DNA from: Nymphaea colorata
Taxonomy: Eukaryota
Assembly: GCF_008831285.2 (NCBI RefSeq)
Contig: NC_045138.2
Span: 38,502,001-38,566,000, forward strand
Length of the DNA: 64,000 nt
Direction: 5' to 3'
In this document: positions 13,507-30,400 of the stretch, piece by piece
Layout: each line of letters starts with the position of its first letter
Numbering within the stretch: position 1 is the stretch's first letter
Notes under the pieces: generated by a model
What the model was told of the DNA's origin: nothing
Databases searched by the model: none
What the model saw: the letters and a program-made list of their open reading frames with translations, nothing else
Program-made: the position numbers and the translations under genes

Positions 13507-14791
13507 TCAGTAATTCCAGACACAGTCGAGCTCAGAGGCAGCAATGACAGGTTTCGGGCACTCCACCCTCTGCTGGTGCGATTCGGTCACCCAAGACGAA
13601 GACCCCGCCGTCGGCACCCTCAGTCCCATCTGGTTCAGGTAACCTCCGCCTTGTCCATGGTCGAGAGGCTGCCATGCGACCGTAGAGAACAAGGAAGGGA
13701 GGTGCAGGCTCTCTTGTAACGCCCGAACGTTAGGGAAGTTGGTGGCGACGTTGGTGGCTCGGGCAAGTTGGTGGTGGTGGGCGGAGATGGCTTGGTGGTA
13801 ATGGAAAGGAAGATGGTGTTCAGGGGGAAGGCTGGAGGAGGTGGTGTGGTGGTGCGGCTGGTGGATACCGGCGGAGGTGGAGAAGCAGGACACGTGATCA
13901 CCAGCGGTGGTCTCCGTCGTGGTTTCGTAGGAGCAGCACTCTTTATCGTTCCCAACCGTCGCCGTGTACGGTGATCCGAGCAGCGGCGGCAAAGTGGAGG
14001 AGGACGCCATCTCCGCTTCCATGCAGGCCGAGGAGGACGAGGCGCTTCCGTTGCTCCTCTTCTTGCCGCCGGTGCTCTTCTGGAAAACACGTGATACCAC
14101 CCATTCGTCCTATATGCAGGATCACCAGGAGAAAGCAAATCAGATCAAAATCAAACAGAAACCATGGCATAAGAATAGGAACATAAGTTTGAATCTTTTG
14201 GTGGCAGAGATGGGTGGATACCTTGCTGGTTTTTGAGAGGTAGTGGTAGGAGAATTTTCCTTCAAGACGATACTCGTGCATGACCCAGTTGCTCTTCTCA
14301 CCTTTTGGAGCACGACCTCTGTAGAAAACCAAAGTCTTCTTCATGCCCACGAGATTACAAGTCTTGGAGCTATAGATCTCTCTGTCTTTACCAGTCGCCT
14401 TCCAGTAGCCGGCCTCTGTGGCGCGGTTAGTACGCAGTCCAGTGGGGTACTTCCTGTCTCGGAGGCTAAAGAAATACCATTCTCTTTCCCCCATCTTTGC
14501 CTTCTCTGCGCATACCAACAAGCAGGACTGAGATAACCCTGAGAGATAAAGTATAGAGAGAGAAAGGGAGGGAGGGAGAGTACCTGGGAGTTCCCATGGT
14601 TCAGACTTGTTGAGATCAACCTCAGAAATCGCTCTTGCAGAGAAGGAGCTGTCAAGGACCTTCTTCATCAGGTAGTATGTGATGAGTTCCTCATCTGTTG
14701 GATGGAAACGAAAGCCTGGGGGTAGAAGAGGTTCTCCCCCTCCTCCTCCTCCACTGTTACTGCTTTCATGGTGGTCCGAGACGATCTGCAT
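13507..14791 (-). CDS. CUC2: NAC transcription factor, CUC2/NAM clade (organ boundary regulator)
   Basis: Exons 14791-14584, 14505-14222 and 14109-13507, phase-consistent. NAC domain [14 protein letters not shown]...[34 protein letters not shown]-terminal CUC motifs LPPLL, HVSCFS and terminal LDCVWNY. Confidence 0.93.
13878..13898 (-). promoter_or_regulatory. miR164 target site in CUC2 exon 3
   Basis: The + strand reads TGGAGAAGCAGGACACGTGAT, matching mature miR164 UGGAGAAGCAGGGCACGUGCA except at positions 13, 20 and 21. It overlaps the codons of the HVSCFS motif. Confidence 0.95.
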
Positions 14792-14903
14792 CTCCTACAA
14801 AGACGGGTAAGAGAGGGGGGAGATTGAAGGGTTAGGGCGAGGATGGTGGTGGTGCTAGACCGCGTAGTTGATGTTGTGATGAACAGAACAGAACGGTACT
14901 ACG

Positions 14904-14913
14904 TTTATATATA
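14904..14913 (-). promoter_or_regulatory. Putative TATA box of CUC2
   Basis: TATATATAAA on the minus strand ~115 bp upstream of the ATG, followed by a pyrimidine-rich leader. Confidence 0.6.
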
Positions 14914-17900
14914 TTGCTTCGCAACTGAGGAAAAAGAAAAGGGGAGAGGGGGGAAGACGAGTTGTCTTTGTCTAGTGGCGAATTTTATGGTATTGGGAGA
15001 GGGTGAGAGGGACGGAAATGAAGAAGGGAAGGGGTAATGTTTTTCCTTGTACGGGAGGAATGGCAGAGTGGGTGAATTTCAAATACACAGATGAATCTCT
15101 CCCCCTCTCACTCTCTCCCTGCTGCAACAGTGAAAACTGAGCCCTCGACCTGTTTTTCTCTGCTGCTGCTGCGCTTCTGCAACAGCTGCAGAACCTGCTA
15201 CCGCATCCTTATCGTATCGACGCTCACAGTGGGTACTGATCGGAATCGATTATTATATCCTCTCTTTTTCTTCCATGCATATAAAGATGTCACTGCTCTC
15301 CTCTCCTCTGTGCACATGAGCGGATTTTTTCTCTCTGCCTCTCTCTTTCCCGAGCATGTAGAATAATAAATGATCCATTCCCCTCCTCCCCTCTCTCTTT
15401 CTCTCTCTGTTCTATGCAAATAAATAAGCAGGGATTTTGTTTTCGCAGTGGTGATTATAGTATGCGTGCGTGCGTGAGAAGTTGTGCAGCTATTTCAGTG
15501 TCAGAGAAGGAACAGAAAGTAGTTTTAAGAGGGATTGATCGCCGTTCGAAAAAGTCTGATTTCGTAATCTCAGGTGGCAGTCTTATAGTACCACATTTAC
15601 ATTTTCAAAAAGACAGTGACTACCACCCTTTTCTCCCTTCCCCTCTTCCATCACCATTCTCTACCAGCCTCCTTTTCTCTCTCTTTCTTCTTCTTGGTAC
15701 TGCTAATACTGTCATTACAACTTCCTCGATATGATTCTCATTAACCATTATGACGAGAAGGGTAACGTCATTCTCTGTAAATTATTTGCTTCCGTCCCTT
15801 CATGCTCATTAAACAAGTCGCTGTTTTGTCACTAATGAAAAAGCTTTCTCCCTCTTTCTCTCTCTGTTTAGACGTAGTTGCCTGCCCTATACAGCCTAGA
15901 CTACAGTGGAGCTGTACTGCTGCCCCCACAGCTTTAACCAGTCTCTTCTCTCTCTAACCCTCGAGAGATCAATCGGAGCAGGACTAATCTTGGTTCCTTT
16001 GGCCATGGGGAGTCCCTTTCAGCGGTGCTTTTTTAGTTATATCAAGTGTTTCTGTGAAAAGCAGATGAGTGTTCTTACAGTGACAATGACAATATAGGCC
16101 TTCTCTTTTCCGATTAACAATGAAAATCAGGCATATATGCATGATCCAAACTAATAAGACCAAGCCGGTTGCTATCACCGGATTCTTGATGATACCCAAC
16201 CTTCCAAAAGGAAGGGAGATGTGAAAAAAATGGAATCGATGGCACCACTCAGAAGGAACAACAATAACGAAAGCGAAAGTAAAGAGGAAAAAGGAAGAAC
16301 ACTCAGACGATGGGACGACGACGATGATGACGGTGTAATTATCATAAAGTAAAAGTGAAAAGAAACATGCAGTAGGAAATGGACGAGACAACAAAGGTGG
16401 TTGTGCAATTAGTTAGGTGAGAAACAGATAGAGAGAGAAGGAAAGAGATTAGAAATGTGTGAAAGGAAAAGAAAAGGAGAAAAGCAACAAGACGAGTGAC
16501 TGAAATGTCTCCGTTTCTTCCAACTCTCAACTGAGTGATCATTCATCATTATGACGATGATCATATACCGGGATTGATGTCTGATGATTTTGATGCGTCC
16601 TGCTCGGTTTTTAAGGAGAAAGGCAAAGAGAGAGAAAGAGAGGGAGGCATCACCACCATCCTCCATCAACCCTCAGCTTTACATCAAATCATCATCCTTT
16701 CAATCTGCATGACAATCTCGGCGCCCCCACTCTGTCTTCCTCTCTCTCTCTCTCTCTCCCCTCTTTATTCTTCTTTTACTTTTTTTACAGTTTTTCTTTA
16801 CTGCTCGTCCTGTGGACCTGTGGTAAAAGCAAATAGAATAACATCTCTTTTCTTTTCTCCCTCCTTCACTTCCTTCACTTGCATTTGCATCTACTGGATT
16901 TGGTATCAGTAATAATGTCAATCGAATCCTTCTATGGTGTGATCTTTAATTTCTTTCTTCCTGTTTCTTTTTCACATACTACCAAAACTGGCTGCTTTGG
17001 TGACAAAAGAGCTACAAAGATTTTGGGAAAGGAAGAAGGGGGAGGCGGACAGAAGCCATTGCTCAGGCGGAAGATAAAGAGATGGGTTGACTTCCCAACG
17101 CTGCTTAAGAGAGAGAGGGGGAGGAGGAGGAGGAGAAATCTTGAGAGGATCGGAGGTGACGCATGAGTTAAGTCACTCGCCGCCTTCAGTTATGGACCAC
17201 GTGACAGAGGGGCCTCCGCAGCCCATGTCTCGTGAATTCGCTCCCTTCTTCGGTACTTTCCCTCGCCATCTCCATACATTCACACGCACTCACGTACGCA
17301 CGCACGCCGTCTGCCCCCACCCATACTGTTGCATGCGCACACACCGTCGCCATCATCTCAATACGACATGACATGCACGATCGGATCTCTCTCTCTCTGC
17401 CTTAAATATTTCAATCCCTCTCTGGCTCTCTCATTCTGTAAAAATCTCTCTTATACTCGTCCTTTAGGTCTCTCTTTCTCTCTTTAAACATCTCTCTCAT
17501 ACACATTCTTTTAAGTCTTAGATCACACATCTCTCTCATGCATATATGTTCTATGAAGTTCTCCCTCTCTCCCACTCACATTCTTTAGATTTGTCTCTGT
17601 TTCTAGACATCTCTCTCATGCCATTTTCTAGACCTGAACTCTCTCCCTTGATACATCTCTGTCTCATACGCTCCGTCTCTATCTCACACATATATAAACG
17701 CCATTGCTGGATAAGACGTTTGCTGTGGACTTCTCTCTATCTGTGTAATCGTCAACGCGAGTTTGCACGGCCCTCTAAAGGACAAATCTGCTCTCTCTCT
17801 CTCTCTCTCTCTCTCTCGATCTTCTCTGTTTTCTCAGGCGACTATGTATGTCTTACAAGCACGCTTCCTGAACAGTCCCCATATCTCCGGCTTTTGCTCA

Positions 17901-20241
17901 CAATTTCAACCAAACTGCAGTGCTCGCACGCGCAGACACAACAGAGAGTCAAAGGCGAAAGAAAGAACGCCATCTGCAACTGCAACTACTCGTGAATTTA
18001 TCAGAATGATGTTATTTATTTTTATTCCTTCTGTTTGTTCTGATCTCTGAAGATTTTATTGTGCTGTGGAGTAGTTCGCTTAACCGTATGCATGCATTAA
18101 TTTCTCCCCGGCATCATGGGGTTCTTGATTTTCGTCCTGTTCTTTGAAACGTGAAAGTTTCGACCACAGAGGCGTGACGGTGATCAGGCTGTCATGAGAC
18201 AAACTCTCCGGAATCTCCAGTCGTAATATGGTGGGACTTGGATGCTCTCCTTTCTAATCACATTCCTGCCGTCTTCAGTTTATAGACAACCAGGACTGAG
18301 CATCTCAAGGATATCCACTGTTTCTTATCTCGGTTCATAAAGTTAGATGTCTCAAGATTTATGTTTGAGACATTCCGTCCACTCACTCAAACGCGCACTG
18401 TCCTAAAAGGACGTGAAGTTAATCTTTCTGATTATTTTATCCTAGTCCAATAAATCGTTTAAGTAGCTCCCCTGATAATTAATTTATCGTTTCCCTGACC
18501 TTAGTTGGCTTGTCGATCGCTGTTATTAGATTTCTTTTCTTTGGATCCAAACGTCAATCCGTCAACAACATAGGTGGTGTTCAGATTTTTAGTAAAAAAG
18601 TTTTAGTAAAGAAGTGAGACAATCAAATACAGTAAACTGGACAGCGACGAGAAAGTTATCTGTTTGGATTTGGATAATTTGAGTATAATTCAAAATTAGA
18701 TCCAAACTCATTCAATGTGAAAAAATAGAAGAATTGCAAAACCATATTCTATGTTTTAACTATTTATATTCCTAAATAAGAATATGGAGATCCTTCGAGT
18801 CATTAAACCTTTCACAGTTGCTAATATTGGCTTAGCCGTGAATTGATTTAGAAAGTGATGCAAGAAATTGGGCTGTAAATCCCATAAAAAGGTCAAGGTT
18901 AATCAGCTCAAATAAAAAAGAATTTAAAACAATTCAAAATTTCAAGATATTTTTTTCCACAAAATGTAAAACTAATTTAAAACGTTCTAAAAGTTCTATG
19001 AAGACCACATACTGGCCTTTTCTGTTTCTGCAGGAAGTCGATACAGTACATAGTAGCCGATTCACGCTGATGATACTGAGTGATATTTATCAGATATACA
19101 GAAATTGAATCAGTAGTGGTTGAACCAATACTTTCCTGCTCGATTCCTCGTACATCGTGTATCTTTCTCGGAATTTCTGACACTAATTTGATAGGTGGTG
19201 GCACTGGTGGGTGGCGATGCAATAGGCTCAGAAATAGATCTAGGAGAAAATTATCCTGACAAAAAGTCAAAAAATCTTCAAAACTCTCTTTTTTGTGATC
19301 TTCTACCTGCCACATGAAAGTCACATTCTATGACATATTAGTCTGAAAAATCTGCCCATAGTACGGGTGCCACCGAATTCGCGAACAAAATTAGCCCTCG
19401 AAAATAACTCGTTCTTGTGTCATTGTGAAGCAGCAGTTCAAAGATTTTTTATTTAAAATTTTTCAGCCTACGAAGTTTGAGTCGATACGAAGTATAATTT
19501 ACACAAAGTGATGTAAGAGTCGAGATTCTCGACTAGTGATGTCAAGTCAAGGCGCTGAATTTGTGCATTTACTAATCTTCTTCCAAATTCAACTGGGCAG
19601 GATTTCATGCAGAAAAAAAGAATATCTGGTTGGTAACAAAATTATCGCATTCGGTGTGCAACTCTCAACAAGTTTGAACTAAAAGCTTAACTTAAAAAAT
19701 CAGTTAAATCCAAACAAGAGCACGTGTAAATATCATATTAACACATGCTTTGGGCGATCTATGCTTTCACGCAAGTCGTCAAATCTGCAACTCATCCCAT
19801 GCAATGCTGATGGATGCACACCCCTCATGCAAATTTGGATCAAAGCACCGTCCCATACAACATATACAAGAGAGCACATGCGAGGCAGAAACAAGGATCA
19901 ACAAGGTAACAAGATCACAGAAGTATAGAATTTATTGAAAACAATGAGTTTTCAAAACATCCCCAGAACAATCACACAACCAGTGCTTATAAATTTATAA
20001 TACACCATACACCCTCACCGATGCTCACGCAGATGAACTTTTCTATCGGATATACACAGTAAACATATTCAGTCTTGAAAAGAAGGTTAACAGAATTTTG
20101 TTCGAGGTGGAACCAATCCCATTTTTCAAAAAGGTTCAAAATACATGTGCAAATTCCTCACCATCCCACGTGTTGGGGCCCTCGTGCACAACTATCAAGC
20201 GTATGAGCATATAAATTTTTTGGCAATGGCAGCTGCTGTTA

Positions 20242-24959
<4,718 letters not shown>

Positions 24960-27431
24960 CCCTGCTCTCTCTCTCTCTCTCTCTCTCAGAGAGAAGTAAT
25001 TTTGTCTCCTGTGGTTGTCGGCGGAAGGACGCGAGCGAGTAAGAAAGAAAGAAAGCTCCTCCTCTGTACTCTGGACGACCTTCACCCTGAGCAAACCTGC
25101 TCCCTTCTTTCCTCCTCCTTCCCTTTACTTGGCTGCCAAGTACAAATCAAAACAAAAGGACGAAACCCACGGATCCCAGTGTTCGATCCGGACACTGACA
25201 GGACCCGGACCGTGTATCAATCCGTATAGCAAGTTACCGTTTCTCTCTATGGTTACCAACGATTGCTAGAATAAACTACACAAAAAGGTATAATGAAAAT
25301 AACTAAAAAATCAGTTACACAGTAAATGGTAATAAAATAAATTTTTAATACTTAGGGCAAACCACCTTTAGTATAAAACTCTTATCGTCATATCTTACGC
25401 TTCCAAGATTCTAGCTTAGCTTGTTTTGAAATGTGAATGGATCTATAGTATACCTTTCAACTTAATTGTCATGTTCACCACCGGTTGTAGATTAAAAGAG
25501 TAAGAGCATGACATTCACCACTGGATTCAAACTTCAGAACCCTTGAATGTAAATCATCTTGCCCCCTAATTGCGCTGCACCCTAGAGACAAGGTAATAAA
25601 ATATTTACGTGTGTGGTTGGTAATAGTACAACTTAACGGCAATTGAGAGAAACTAAGGCCAAAACAAGAACAAAAATATGAGAAATCTGTTACGAGACGA
25701 AGATAACTCCTTTGAAAGGTGGTCAAAATTTTAGCATAATGTGTTCCATAACATGATTCAGTAAAAGGTTTCTCTTGACTTCGTTTGCTCATTGGGAAGA
25801 AAATCACTTCCGAATGATGGCGGATTGTAGACGATGGCAAATCCAGTCTCATGGTTGGTGCTTTTTAGTGGCGGAGCTACATAAGGTTTGTGTGCGCAAA
25901 CCATCAGATGAAATTTATTTATTTGGTTATATAGTTGGTTGTCTAATCACTTGCTTACTCAGGTATTGGTTCCCCTCATTCATTTACTTCATGCCCTTTA
26001 AATAATTTCATTATGCATTTGAAGAGTGAGATTTTCTGAATTGCTTTCTCTTTCAGCGAGTATCAGCAAGAATAAAACATGACTCATGGGGGTGTTATGA
26101 ACAACCAATATTGGCCTTTCAACTTTGTTGGTGACAGCCGACAGTTAATCAGAAGAAGAGAATTATTATATTCCTTAAAAACACATTCCTCTAAAGCTTG
26201 GAGTATTGTGAAATACTTCCTATCAATCAATACGCATAATATGCATCACATCAATACCGATACTTACAGCGCTGGAAGAAACAGCTTCTTCCCATATTTT
26301 GCTGAGGATCATGGCATTCACCCGATAGCATAATTACTCCCGATAGCATAATTACTCAAAGCAGACGAACTAAGATACGTAAGCCTGCGGCTTGAATATC
26401 CAGGGAAAGAACAGAAAAAGGTCTTCAAACAATGGCGTCCATCTTTCCGATCAACAACTCTGTCAATCGTTGAAGAGAGAGACACTGCTAACTCTCATGA
26501 CATCCAAATTGATCAAACGAGAACATATGCCTCCACCACAGAAATCAAACCCACAGTGAATTTGGCTAAAATAAGATTCAAAACCATAGAGTGGAATCCT
26601 CTTCCAGGTGCATTAAACCCATTTCATTGTAAGTGCAGGAACCGAGTATGCCAGCTAGATGAGCTTGTTCAGTGACGATCTTCTTCTGCTATGCAATTGC
26701 TTAGAGACAGTTAAACCATCCAACTCAAATGTGAATTATAAAGAGCAAACCAAGAGACTTTAAGCTCTATTGCACTAACCCTTCTATGGGGGTTGCTAAC
26801 ATAAAATTTTTTCTAACATCTGGAAAAAAAGGGATACATCTGTTAAACCAAACACATTGCTGTCGGATATTCAACAAAACATATCGCCCTCTGATAGCTG
26901 CCGATGGAACCAAAAGCTTGACCTCTGTTTTCCATCGTGTTCCCCTATTGCTACTGCTGCAGCTCTACTATTGCTATTTCAGTATAGTAAAATTAACTAA
27001 AAAGAACAAGAATACAAAAATGCATAATTTACTTCGATTAGTAGAAAGATGGACTAACATTGGCTTCCATGAGCGCCCTCAGAGGGAGATGGATTCCCCC
27101 TCGATCTACTGAATTGATTGATTATGTTTGAGAGAAAAGTGTAGAGTTGCCTCATCCTGGACAGCTACACTTGGCCCCCCGGCCAAATCCAGGAAATTCT
27201 TGCCCACCATGGTCTTCCCGACAACATGGCCCACCTTGCTCAAACGAAAATCCATGGTACAAAGGGCACACCTCTATTGAACCAGGACCCCCCTGTACTG
27301 CTTTCATAAGTACCTTGCAACGTGATCAACACAGCCAGTCCCCATAGGTCGCCACCAGGAAAGGGATTTCTCAAATATGTACACGCTAAGGCATCACTCA
27401 TTGGACAACAATCTGAAACAAAAACAGATGC

Positions 27432-30400
27432 TTATTCACTGTAATATACAGGGGAAGATCCCGACCGGTCATCATCATCATCATCATCCCCATCATCACC
27501 ATCATCCCCATCCCCTGCATCCCCATCAACATCTTCATCATCCACATCTTCAGCATCGCCACCACCGCCTCCATCATCATCATCATCATCATCAACATCA
27601 TTGTCATCATCATCCTCATCATCATCAGAGGCCCCTACATTGCCACAAACATCATCATCTTCTGGATCCTCATCTTCCACCTCACTGTCCTGTAGCATCC
27701 CACCTTCATCTCTGCCACTATAGGGACCATTATAATTACTGTCTGGCTCGTCGAACTCATCACCAGATGCTTGTTCATTATCATCAGATTCAGACAACTC
27801 GAGTACACTGTTTCCATTTTCTTCAATTGCATGTGCAGAAGCTTCTTCCACATCCCACACTGCCCTGGCTGACCTTCTTGATGACTCCTTGCTGCTACTA
27901 GCAGCGCGCCCAACACTACCCTCACCATTGAAACGGTGCACCATGACACCTTTTTTATCTCTGGCTTTCCTTGAAAGCTGCTTCCCACGTAATGTTCGTG
28001 AACCCCGACCACGTCCTCTTCCACGAGACCGCCCTTTCCTTCCACGACCTTGCACCAACTTTAGGGAATGGCCTATACTTACTTTAGAAACCTCTGATCT
28101 AGTACCACCATTACCTCTTCCTCCTCTACCACTCCGACCACGACCCCTTCCTCTCCCACGACCTCCTCGTCCACGCATATACATCCGTCCATGTATTGAA
28201 TCAACCAATCGGTCATCTTGCCGATATTCAGTTTCATCTGCTACGTCCATAGGATCAAAATCGTGGGTGCTTTTGGCAATTGTGAACCTTGAAGGGACCC
28301 TCTGCAGGATAAGGCAAAACCATTACCACCGGAAAGGCTAGACAAAGATAAGAAAAGCTTTGATTAAGTTGCCTGTAGATAAAGCAGCAAGACCCATGGG
28401 GGATTTTTTTTTTCAAAAAAGCTGCATCTTGTGCATTTTTCACAATTTTTACCAAATAACCACAGTATCAGAAATTACAGATTTGTGATACCAAGGCAAA
28501 AGAAAACAGGCTGATAAGTCAAGGCTTAACCTTTCCCTGCACCAATGCAATCATTTGACAACTGCCATATACATTTGGGGAAACGTGACTGAAATACATT
28601 GAGACAGTTAACAGTTCTTTGCAAGTTCCAAATGTATATTCCCACATAAAATGAAATGCCTATTGGCAAGTTAAAGAACAAATTAAAGGCTTCATTAGGG
28701 AGTTTTGCATTCAGATGCAAACTTAATTTCCTGTGCATTTCCTGAAGCACAATCTTTCAAATTTCCTGACCAGAAAACACCAAAATGTTTATGAAGTCCT
28801 TTTGAATTTCAGGAGGTTTTGGTGATGCAGAAAGCAAGGAGCTTGATGACAATTCCTACTCTCTTGTCAAAAAGTGATGGCCACATCAAAGCATAGCGTT
28901 GCCAATATTGCATTTATCAGCAAGTGAGGAACTTCAATTAATCATAATTTGCTCTTGCTGAATAATAGCAGAAAAACTTCAAAGAAACACCACTTACAAC
29001 AAACTCTTCAGTTTCCTTGTCTCTCTGTGCTCCTAGTCTTTGATGCATTGTGTAAGAAATGGATGCATCAAACTCCAACAGTCTGAGTGCAACAGCAGCT
29101 GTTGTACGTGGTATCCACGGAAGCACGGTAAGAGAGCCAGGGACAAATGAACCATCCGGAGCATATGAATGTCCAGCAGAACCTAACAATTCTTTGGCTG
29201 TTTCAAAGCTTTGAGACAAAAAGTCCCGTTTAACAGCAGCCTCTAACATCATCAGGACCTGGGAAAAGTAAAAATGCCAGATATGGTTCTCAGTTTTGTA
29301 TCAACATTAATGAGAGTAAAGAACCAATATATTTGAGTGCATAAACTGTACAAAAATCTACTTTGAGCAAGACAGATACGCATCAACAACCATATCTCAC
29401 ATGAAAACGAGGTTCTACACTTCCACTTGCAGCCATCATATGAGTCACACGAAGGCAATACAATGAATACCACTAAACTCATTAAAAAAATAAATATAGA
29501 TGGACTGCATAATTTTTTGTTATAAGGGCCTAGGAGTCCTAGCAATTGATGAACAACATGTATTATGCATTAGAACAAGCTTAAATGAATTTATTCTGTT
29601 CAAGCCAGGTAAATTCCACTAAAGTTTCCTTCTAGATTTTCATTTTTATTTGCATGTTTGTGTTGCATGCCTAACAGCTCTGCCAGGGATAAGACAAGAA
29701 ATATTGAAAATAAAAAGTATTCATAAACCACAACAGCAACAGAGAACACCAGTATCAGCAGGATTGGGGGAAGGGAGGGGGGAGGAATATAGAAGACAGA
29801 GAAATGGAGAAAAACCAGCAGCGCCACCAGGTGGTGCCCTCTTATTCCACCAACAAGTAGATACTAATGCAGTAACAATTTTACAGACTATGCATATCCA
29901 CTTCAAACTTTCAAGCCCTGACACCAACATATTGATTATCAAGTATCCAACATTTTCATCATAAGCTTCTCCATCAGTGGATTTTCTGACAGGAAGTCAT
30001 AGCTTCATCAGCACCTCAGGCTGACCCTTAATTTTAAAAAGTAATAATGCATCAACTGTTGCCTGGTTGATCTTTTAACTATGAGAAAACTACAGAATAA
30101 CTATTCTCCTTTCCTTGCAACACATAAACAACCAGAAAATAGCCAGAGATCCCTGAATCTGCCCAAGGACCATCAACACAAAAATAAAATTCCAAATACC
30201 ACATAGTTATGGAAGTCCTAAGATTATCACAGACCTGAAGAAGTTCCTCCGAGGATGTGGAGCCATGCAACCTTATGCCCCATGATTTCCTGTAGACTTC
30301 TGACCAGAAGCTCTTAAGTGCTTCTGATGCCAACGATACCTGCAGTCCAAAAATGGTATAGCCTTTTAGTAAACTAAAATGCAAAAGTAATAAGTTCCAT

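Noticed and set aside
14213..14221. CUC2 intron 2 donor GTATCCAC as possible U12
   Set aside because: It lacks the TT at +7/+8 and has no U12 branch consensus near the acceptor.
13635..14655. Overlapping alternative-frame and antisense ORFs within CUC2
   Set aside because: Expected by-products of GC-rich coding sequence.
18832..18912. Minus-strand ELINLDLFMGFTAQFL peptide superficially like the DUF1421 MGF motif
   Set aside because: Wrong spacing, an early stop, no downstream DUF residues and an AT-rich context; probably chance.
27377..27901. His-rich 174-aa ORF on +
   Set aside because: Antisense shadow of the GAT-rich acidic tail of RLT.
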